Of a DNA stretch of 64,000 bases, positions 57,380 to 64,000 are shown piece after piece. Position 1 is the stretch's first letter. Every line of letters starts with the position of its first letter. A program made the position numbers and the translations under genes. The notes under the pieces were generated by a model. That model did not search any database, was not told the origin of the DNA, and saw only the letters and a list, made by a program, of their open reading frames with translations. Location of the stretch: NCBI GenBank assembly GCA_041946735.1, contig JBHGAY010000004.1, forward strand, positions 5,425-69,424, in the 5' to 3' direction. Source of the stretch: Candidatus Eiseniibacteriota bacterium (GTDB lineage: Bacteria > Eisenbacteria > RBG-16-71-46 > CAIMUX01 > VGJL01).

Positions 57380-60016
57380 ATGCGTTCACAACGCCGCCTC
57401 GACTGCGCAGGTCGATCCCTACTCCTCGTCGCGCTGACTCTCACGCCGTTTGCCGGCGCGGTCGCTCAGTCCCCGAGCTTGAGCTGGGACCGCGACCAGT
57501 CGCGGAACAACGTCGTGTTCGACAGCGAGGAGGGTCTCTTGCGACAGGACTTCCTGCGGTATCGGGCGGCTCACGAGCTCGAATCCGAGGAAGGGCAGGC
57601 GGACCTTCTGGGCGACAACGAGACGGCCGTCGTCGTGAACCCGGCCGATCCGTCGAACGTCGCCTATGCCTCGCTCTGGGAGCTGCGCGTCTCGATCGAT
57701 GGCGGTCAGACCTTCCAGCCGCCGGTCGCCTCGTCCATCCCGCCGACCCATTACGCCGTCGGAGATCCCTCGCTCGCCTTCGACGCGGACGGCCGCCTCT
57801 ACTGGACTTACCTCGCAAGCCTCGTCGATGACACGCACACCGACATCTTCCTCGCTCAATGCGATCCGGCGACCGGCGAGGTCCTCCCCGGCTATCCGGT
57901 CAACATCTCCGCGCAGACCGGATTCGAGTCGTGCACCGACAAGGAGTGGCTCGCGGTCGACTCCTGGCCGGGCAGCCCCTTCGCCAACCGGCTCTACGTC
58001 ACCTGGACCGACATGGGCTCCGGCTGCTCGTTCGCCAATGACAATCAGAGATTCACCTACTCGACCGATCACGGGCTCACGTGGGCGACGAAGCAGACGC
58101 TCGCCACCGGGAGCTCCTGGCCGGTGAGCATGGCGGTCGCCAGCAACGGTGACGTCTACGTCGCCTATCACGGTTGGACGCAGATTGCGAACGAGCCCGG
58201 GACCGGCTTCGTGAAAATGGTCCGGTCGACGAACGGCGGAGCGAGCTTCGCTCCGGCGACCGATCCATTCCCGCCGGGCAGCGCCAGCATCACCACGAAC
58301 ATCGACCGCGATCTCCCGCACGTCCGCTTCTGGCTGCAAGGAAGTTTGCAGGCCTGGATCCTTCCCGATCCGCATGCGCCGTCCCACCTTGCCGTCATCG
58401 CCTGCGATGACCCGGAGAACGATTTCTCCTCCGGCGATCCGTCGGACGTCATGATCGCGCGGTCGACGAACAGCGGGCAGACGTGGACGGTCCCGCAAAG
58501 GGTGGAGTCGAGCGCCTCGGGGCTGCTGCAGGTGATGCCTTCGGCTGCCGTCGATCGGACGACGGGCAACATTGCCGTGACCTGGTACGACAATCGCGAA
58601 GGAGGCGTGAACGCGGACGGAAACTATCTTCTCGACACCTACGCGGCCGTGAGCACGGATGGAGGAGCCTCGTTCCTCGACGCCTTCCGCATCAGCGACG
58701 TCCCCTTCGACCCGGACCTGCGCGCGCCGTGCAGGTTCAACTGCCCGCCCCGCATCTTCACGTCATGGGACGGAGGAGCGAACTGCGCCTACATCTGCGG
58801 CAACGCCGTCTACAAGTGGAACGGAACGAGCTGGGCGCCGGTGAACCCCGGCGGAACGGCTCAGAAGAACGGCGTTTGGGGCGCCTCCCCCTCGGCGGTC
58901 TGGATCGTTGGGAACTCCGGCGAGATCCGCTTCTGGAACGGCACGCAGTGGTCGGGTCAGACGAGCCCTACCAGCTTGAGCTTGTACAAAGTGCACGGAC
59001 AATCGGCGACAAATGTGACAGCCGTGGGCAACGGCGGCGCGATCGTCCACTGGAACGGGACGAACTGGTCGTTGCAGCCGAGCGGTTTCAACGGCAGTCT
59101 GCGCGGCATCTGGACGCTTCCCGGAGGTACCGCCTGGGCTGCCGGCCGCGCGGGCACCGTCCTCCATTTCGACGGCGTGTCCTGGAGTCCCGCGACTCCG
59201 ATCCCCACCGATCAGCACCTGCAGGACGTCTGGGCCACCTCCGACGCGAACGTCTGGACCGTCGGCCTGAACGGCGGCATCTATCACTGGAACGGGTCGA
59301 GCTGGACCACGATCGAGTCCAACCTCTCGAGCCTCACCGCGGTCTGGGGCAGCGGACCCGACGACATCTACTTCGCGGGATGGGGAAACGACGTCCTTCA
59401 CTGGAACGGTCAGGAGATGGAGCGGCAGGCGATCGGCGGAGACGTGTTCGACATCAACGGCGCCGGTCCCGACGACATCCTGATGTCTCGAAACCCGGGA
59501 AGGGCGACCCGCTTCGATGGAAACTCATGGGTCGAGCAGCCGGTGCCGGTCCTACCTGCGACGGCCGTGCTCCGAATCGGCGAGTACACCGGCACCGCAG
59601 TTGCTGGTGTGCGCGGTCTCGCTACATGGACCGGAAATTCCACGAGAGGAGATTCCGACCCGCCCGCGCAGGCCGCCTTCTTCGACGTCTTCCCGGCCGG
59701 CGGGCCCGCTTCCGCCGGAGAGATCGCGGCCGGTCCCTCGCTTCTGCTGCTCGAGGGTGGGCATCCGAATCCATTCCGGTGGGTGACGGAGATCGGCTAT
59801 TCGCTTCCCGAACCGAAGCACGTCTCCGTCCGCGTCTTCGACGTCTCCGGACGGCTGGTCGATCTGCTCGACTCCGGTATGCGCGACGCGGGGCCCCACG
59901 ATGTGACGTGGGACGGGCGCGATGCTTCCGGGAGAGCCGCCCCGGCGGGCACATACTTCGTGAGGCTCGAGGCGGAGGGCAAGGCGAGCACCGCAACGAT
60001 CGTCCTGTCGCGTTGA
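57380..60016 (+). CDS. Secreted BNR/Asp-box (sialidase-fold) protein followed by seven W/FxGxxW beta-propeller-type repeats and a C-terminal FlgD-Ig/T9SS-like sorting domain
   Basis: ATG 57380, 8 nt after GGAGG. Signal peptide MRSQRRLDCAGRSLLLVALTLTPFAGAVAQ. Asp-boxes STDHGLTW, STNGGASF, STNSGQTW, STDGGASF. About 47-aa repeats YKWNGTSW, RFWNGTQW, VHWNGTNW, LHFDGVSW, YHWNGSSW, LHWNGQEM, TRFDGNSW. The tail is HPNPFRWVTEIGYSLP...VTWDGRDASGRAAPAGTYFVRL. Confidence 0.7.
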   Translation: MRSQRRLDCAGRSLLLVALTLTPFAGAVAQSPSLSWDRDQSRNNVVFDSEEGLLRQDFLRYRAAHELESEEGQADLLGDNETAVVVNPADPSNVAYASLWELRVSIDGGQTFQPPVASSIPPTHYAVGDPSLAFDADGRLYWTYLASLVDDTHTDIFLAQCDPATGEVLPGYPVNISAQTGFESCTDKEWLAVDSWPGSPFANRLYVTWTDMGSGCSFANDNQRFTYSTDHGLTWATKQTLATGSSWPVSMAVASNGDVYVAYHGWTQIANEPGTGFVKMVRSTNGGASFAPATDPFPPGSASITTNIDRDLPHVRFWLQGSLQAWILPDPHAPSHLAVIACDDPENDFSSGDPSDVMIARSTNSGQTWTVPQRVESSASGLLQVMPSAAVDRTTGNIAVTWYDNREGGVNADGNYLLDTYAAVSTDGGASFLDAFRISDVPFDPDLRAPCRFNCPPRIFTSWDGGANCAYICGNAVYKWNGTSWAPVNPGGTAQKNGVWGASPSAVWIVGNSGEIRFWNGTQWSGQTSPTSLSLYKVHGQSATNVTAVGNGGAIVHWNGTNWSLQPSGFNGSLRGIWTLPGGTAWAAGRAGTVLHFDGVSWSPATPIPTDQHLQDVWATSDANVWTVGLNGGIYHWNGSSWTTIESNLSSLTAVWGSGPDDIYFAGWGNDVLHWNGQEMERQAIGGDVFDINGAGPDDILMSRNPGRATRFDGNSWVEQPVPVLPATAVLRIGEYTGTAVAGVRGLATWTGNSTRGDSDPPAQAAFFDVFPAGGPASAGEIAAGPSLLLLEGGHPNPFRWVTEIGYSLPEPKHVSVRVFDVSGRLVDLLDSGMRDAGPHDVTWDGRDASGRAAPAGTYFVRLEAEGKASTATIVLSR

Positions 60017-60094
60017 CCGCGGGTCGCCGGCCGCGACATGCCGTGATCGAGCAGTCGGCGCCCTGTTCCCGTTGCGGGAGAACCGCAGGGGATG

Positions 60095-60112
60095 GGGGCG
60101 CCGGCCCCTTTC
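60095..60112 (+). terminator. Weak terminator-like hairpin after the BNR/propeller gene
   Basis: GGGGCGCCGGCCCC (5-6 bp stem, 4-nt loop) followed by TTTCCC. The stem is short and confidence is low. Confidence 0.3.
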
Positions 60113-60268
60113 CCAACGGCAAGCTGGCTCCGATATAGCGAAGTCCACCGTCCGAACCGGATACTTCGCGGCGCTTCGCCGGACACGGTCATCGGATCAC
60201 AGCCACCGGATCTTGGACGGTCGGCGAGACGGCGATAGACTGGCACCGGTTCGGCATCGGGGGCCCTC

Positions 60269-63200
60269 GTGGACCACTCCGCACACGACTCCCCCGGGAG
60301 CGAGCCGGCGAGAGGACATCGCTCCCGAGAGGGCAAGGAGATCCCGGCAGCCATCGGCCGCTATCCGGTCACCGGTGTGCTCGGCCGCGGCGGCATGGGG
60401 ATCGTGTATGCCGGGGAAGATCCGCAGCTCGGGCGAGCGATCGCGATCAAGGTTCTGCATCCCAGGATCGCTGTCGACTCTGCCGGTCGGACCTCGTTCG
60501 AGCGAGAGGCGCGGCTCCTCGCCGCTCTGAATCACCCGAACATCGCGACGATCTACTCGCTGGAGCGACAGGACGAGCGCGATTTCCTGACGATGGAGCT
60601 CGTGTCCGGCGATAGTCTCGCCGACCGGATCGCGCGTGGGCCGGTCTCTCCCAGCCAGTCGATCGAGTTCGCGCGCCAGATCGCCAGCGGCCTCGAAGCC
60701 GCTCACGCCGCGGGGATCCTCCATCTCGATCTGAAGCCGACCAACATCAAGATCACGCAGGACGAGCGGGTGAAACTGGTCGATTTCGGACTGGCCCGCA
60801 TTCGCTCATCTCAAGAAGCTGCGTCGAGCGAGCGGGCAGCGATCGCCCAACCGGCGACGATCGAGATGGAGATCCAGGGCTCTCCGGGATACATGAGTCC
60901 CGAGCAGCTCCGGGGAGGCCCGTTCGACACGAAGAGCGACATCTGGGCGCTCGGATGCGTGCTCTTCGAAATGTTCGCCGGGCGTCCCGCGTTTCCGGGC
61001 CCCACGGTTTCCGATCGGATCGCCGCGACCCTCCAGACCGTGCCCGACTGGGTGGCGCTCCCCACGGATACGCCGCTTCGGATCCGCTTCCTGATCCAGC
61101 AATGTCTCGAGCGGGACGTGGACCGCCGGCTCGATTCGATGACCCGCGCTCGTCGGATGCTGGAGGGGGAGATCGCATCCGCCATGCAGGAGCCGATTCC
61201 CGAGCCTACTTCCCCGGAGGCCGGCCAACATCCGACCAACCTTCCGCTGGCTCTGACATCGTTCATCGGCCGTTCCGTCCTTCTCGAGGAACTGGCGCGG
61301 CGACTTGCGGAAGAGCGGCTCGTTACGCTGACGGGTCCGGGCGGCTGTGGAAAGACCCGGCTGGCGCGTGAGGCCGGCCGCAGGCTCCTCCCGGCGTTCC
61401 CGGATGGGGTCTGGCTGGTGGAGCTGGGGCCGGTCCGCGAGCCGGAGATGGTTCCGCACGCGGCCTGTGCAGCCCTCGGGATTCGCGAAGACTCCCAGCG
61501 CCCGCTGACGGAGACGCTGCGCCTCGAGCTCAAATCCAGGCAGATGCTCGTCATCCTGGACAACTGCGAGCACCTGGTCGATGCGAGCGCCCGCCTGGCC
61601 CAGTACCTGTTGGAGGTCTGCCCGAACCTCCGCGTTCTCGCCACCAGCCGGGAGCGGCTCGGCGTCGCAGGGGAGTCGCTCTGCCCGCTGCCGCCGCTGG
61701 CGATTCCCGGGAGCATGGAGTTCCGTTCCGTATCGGATCTTGAGCAGATCGAGTCCGTACGGCTCTTCCTGGATCGTGCGCAGGCCGCCGACGCGCGCTT
61801 CACGCTCACGCCGGACAACGCGGAGCTCGTCGCTCAGGTGTGTACAAGGCTCGATGGCATTCCCCTCGCCCTGGAGCTTGCGGCGGCTCGAGTCGGAGTG
61901 CTTCCGGTCGAGGAGATCGCTCAACGCCTCGACGATCGCTTCCACCTCCTCACGACGAGCACGCGGACATCGATCCCCCACCATCGGACGCTGCATGCGC
62001 TGATCGACTGGAGCCATGACACGCTCACGGATGCGGAGAGCCTCCTTTTCCGGCGGCTGGGGATCTTCAGCGGAGGTTGGTCGCTGGAGGCGGTGGAGGA
62101 GATCTGCGCTCCGGGCGACATCGAGCCGTGGAACGTCCTCGACCTGCACTCCCGCCTCGTCGAGAGATCGTTGATCGAACGGGACGTCGATGGCGAACGC
62201 CGGGCCGGTCAGGTCCGCTACAGGGCTCTCGAGACGATCCGTGAATACGCCCGGGAGAAGCTGCGCGAAGCGCTGGAAGAGGAGATGTTGCAGCTCCGGC
62301 ATCGGGGCTTCTTCCTGGCCCTCGCGGTCGGGTCCTCGGCACATCTCGTCGGACCGGACCAACGGGTCTGGTCCCAGCGTCTGGAGGTCGATCACGACAA
62401 CCTGCGATCCGCGATCGCAGGCGCCTGCGCTCCGGGGCCACAGCGCGACGTCGAGGCCGCCGTGAAGATTGCCGCTTCGCTCGGGCGGTACTGGTACGGA
62501 CGCGGCCGCTGGACCGAGGGGCGCACCCTCATGAAGGAGGTGCTCGCGCTCCCCGGCGCCGCTACGAGAAACGCGTGTCGCGCGCAGGCGCTCGCCTGGA
62601 CGGGCTGGATCGCGCTCTGGCAGGGCGATCTGGACGAGGCGTGGACGACGAATCAGGAGAGCCTGGCGATCCGGCGGGAGCTGGGGGATCGGATGGGCAT
62701 CTCCCAGTCACTCAACAACCTCGGCGCCGTGGCACTGGAGCGGGCGGATTTCGCGGCATGCCGTGCGTTCTACGAAGAGAGCCTCGCGTTGCGGCGAGCC
62801 GAGGGGAACCTCCGCTATCAGGCGGTCTCCCTTCACAACCTCGCCGAGCTCTGCTTCCGCACCGGCGATCTCGAAGAAGCACGACGATTCAACGAGGAGA
62901 GCCTGGCGCTTCGACGGGAGGTGGGAGATCTGATGGGGATCGCCGACTCCCTCTGTGCGCTCGGCATGGTCGCGGAACGAATGTCGGATCTCGCAGGGGC
63001 CCGCGAATTCCACGAAGCGAGCCTCGCAAACCGCATGGACAGGGAGGATCCGATGGGAATCGGCGAGTCCTTGCACAATCTCGCAGGGATCGACGCGCAG
63101 GAAGGACGCTTCGACACCGCCCGGCTTCGTTACGCGCGAAGCCTGTCGATCCGGAAGGGCCTCGGAGATCGGCTTGGGATCATCGAATCGCTGGAGGCCA

Positions 63201-63448
63201 TCGGGTTTCTCGAGATCGAGGCGGGCGACTATCGCAGGGCTGCGTGCGTTCTCGGGGCGGCGGCAGCCGTGCGGGCGGAGATCGAGGCGGCGGTTCCTCC
63301 TCCCCGTGAGAGACAGCTCGAGAAAGCGCTCGGCAGGGCTCGCCGGCAACTCGGGCATTCGGCCGTCGAAAGCGAGTGGGAGCGCGGCCGACGCATGACG
63401 ATTCCGGAAGCGGTCGAATGCGCTGCGTCCGGTCTGCCGGGAACATGA
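60269..63448 (+). CDS. Ser/Thr protein kinase fused to a STAND (NB-ARC/AAA) NTPase and TPR repeat array
   Basis: GTG 60269. Kinase motifs GRGGMGIVY, AIKVL, HLDLKPTNI, DFGLAR, GSPGYMSPE. Then P-loop LTGPGGCGKTRLA with hhhhDN (LVILDNCEHL). Then about 10 TPR-like repeats (...LGDRMGISQSLNNLGAV..., ...VGDLMGIADSLCALGMV...). Confidence 0.8.
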   Translation: MDHSAHDSPGSEPARGHRSREGKEIPAAIGRYPVTGVLGRGGMGIVYAGEDPQLGRAIAIKVLHPRIAVDSAGRTSFEREARLLAALNHPNIATIYSLERQDERDFLTMELVSGDSLADRIARGPVSPSQSIEFARQIASGLEAAHAAGILHLDLKPTNIKITQDERVKLVDFGLARIRSSQEAASSERAAIAQPATIEMEIQGSPGYMSPEQLRGGPFDTKSDIWALGCVLFEMFAGRPAFPGPTVSDRIAATLQTVPDWVALPTDTPLRIRFLIQQCLERDVDRRLDSMTRARRMLEGEIASAMQEPIPEPTSPEAGQHPTNLPLALTSFIGRSVLLEELARRLAEERLVTLTGPGGCGKTRLAREAGRRLLPAFPDGVWLVELGPVREPEMVPHAACAALGIREDSQRPLTETLRLELKSRQMLVILDNCEHLVDASARLAQYLLEVCPNLRVLATSRERLGVAGESLCPLPPLAIPGSMEFRSVSDLEQIESVRLFLDRAQAADARFTLTPDNAELVAQVCTRLDGIPLALELAAARVGVLPVEEIAQRLDDRFHLLTTSTRTSIPHHRTLHALIDWSHDTLTDAESLLFRRLGIFSGGWSLEAVEEICAPGDIEPWNVLDLHSRLVERSLIERDVDGERRAGQVRYRALETIREYAREKLREALEEEMLQLRHRGFFLALAVGSSAHLVGPDQRVWSQRLEVDHDNLRSAIAGACAPGPQRDVEAAVKIAASLGRYWYGRGRWTEGRTLMKEVLALPGAATRNACRAQALAWTGWIALWQGDLDEAWTTNQESLAIRRELGDRMGISQSLNNLGAVALERADFAACRAFYEESLALRRAEGNLRYQAVSLHNLAELCFRTGDLEEARRFNEESLALRREVGDLMGIADSLCALGMVAERMSDLAGAREFHEASLANRMDREDPMGIGESLHNLAGIDAQEGRFDTARLRYARSLSIRKGLGDRLGIIESLEAIGFLEIEAGDYRRAACVLGAAAAVRAEIEAAVPPPRERQLEKALGRARRQLGHSAVESEWERGRRMTIPEAVECAASGLPGT

Positions 63449-63563
63449 CGACGCTGGGCGGGACGCCGTTTCTCCGGCGCCCCCACCCACCGTCCTGCTC
63501 GTTCTGCTCGTCAGAATCGCGCTTCTGGAGGCAAGCTACCGAAACGCGTTACCCCAGCCAAGG

Positions 63564-63935
63564 CTACCAGCGGCCGTGATCGGTATGGCCGTGGTGCCCG
63601 TGGTGGCCCGTAGAGTCGCAGCCTCCGCCGCCATGATGTCCGCCGTGGCCGGTTGTATCGCAGCCTCCTCCGCCGTCATGGCAGCCGCCGGGGCAGTTCG
63701 GATCGCAGTCCCCACCGCCCATCATGCAGTCCATGTGGTTCGGACAGGTGCAGCTATCGGCCGGGCAGCCCATGCAGTCGCCGCAGCCACCACCACCACC
63801 GCCTCCCGCTCCGTGAAGGCTCTCTGGAGTGATCACCGAGTTGCGACCGCCTGTGGAGCCCGGATCGTCCGCGCATCCCCACGCGACCAGGAAGAGAAAG
63901 AGGACCGGAATCGACCAGGCCAGAACTCGACGCAT
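63564..63935 (-). CDS. Cys/Gly/His-rich lipoprotein (putative metal-binding)
   Basis: ATG 63935. Signal plus lipobox MRRVLAWSIPVLFLFLVAWGC. The mature part is GGGGGGGCGDCMGCPADSCTCPNHMDCMMGGGDCDPNCPGGCHDGGGGCDTTGHGGHHGGGGCDSTGHHGHHGHTDHGRW. Confidence 0.6.
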   Translation of the reverse strand: MRRVLAWSIPVLFLFLVAWGCADDPGSTGGRNSVITPESLHGAGGGGGGGCGDCMGCPADSCTCPNHMDCMMGGGDCDPNCPGGCHDGGGGCDTTGHGGHHGGGGCDSTGHHGHHGHTDHGRW

Positions 63936-64000
63936 CTCACTTCCCCCTTGTGGCTCGCCAGCGATATCGACACATGGAATGTCACCAGAGTGACGCCTGA

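Overview
This is a 64-kb window of about 70% GC bacterial DNA. Almost every position is open in several frames, so the ORF track is dominated by Arg/Ala/Gly-rich antisense artefacts. I called genes only where the translation shows recognisable family motifs, a plausible start and RBS, and a consistent operon context. I found no rRNA, tRNA, CRISPR array or obvious IS element.

Six themes stand out:
1. A roughly 13-kb minus-strand operon (27462..40350) for a periplasmic, Tat-targeted NarG-like molybdoenzyme of the type II DMSO-reductase family. It encodes alpha, beta, an EB_dh-like gamma and a TorD-like delta subunit. These are co-transcribed with a Rieske protein, a fused b6/SUIV-type cytochrome b, a hexahaem cytochrome c, a GltD-like FeS flavoprotein, an Rrf2 (NsrR-like) regulator, and moaA/mobA. 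The genes are joined by 4-nt start/stop overlaps. This resembles archaeal pNar and Nxr-type modules.
2. An archaeal-type gatE-gatD pair (Glu-tRNA(Gln) amidotransferase GatDE) in a bacterial context.
3. An N-glycan/mannoside deconstruction theme:
   - a PNGase F homologue;
   - a GH38 alpha-mannosidase with a PA14 domain, in an ABC sugar-uptake operon;
   - a protein with a BNR/sialidase-like region followed by seven propeller-type repeats;
   - a protein of three tandem beta-helix modules.
   Three of these proteins carry C-terminal FlgD-Ig/T9SS-like sorting domains.
4. Three paralogous small secreted jelly-roll proteins share an undescribed C-terminal tail, TTWG(K/G)VK..F.R. Each is its own transcription unit.
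5. An RND tripartite efflux operon lies next to a small Nif11/NHLP-leader-like ORF and a sigma-54 activator.
6. Single-gene curiosities: a Ser/Thr kinase-STAND-TPR protein, a Cys/Gly/His-rich lipoprotein, an SPFH-RHH pair, in-frame microsatellites inside an ABC ATPase, and several strong hairpins and palindromes.

Gene starts in this GC-rich DNA are approximate unless noted.
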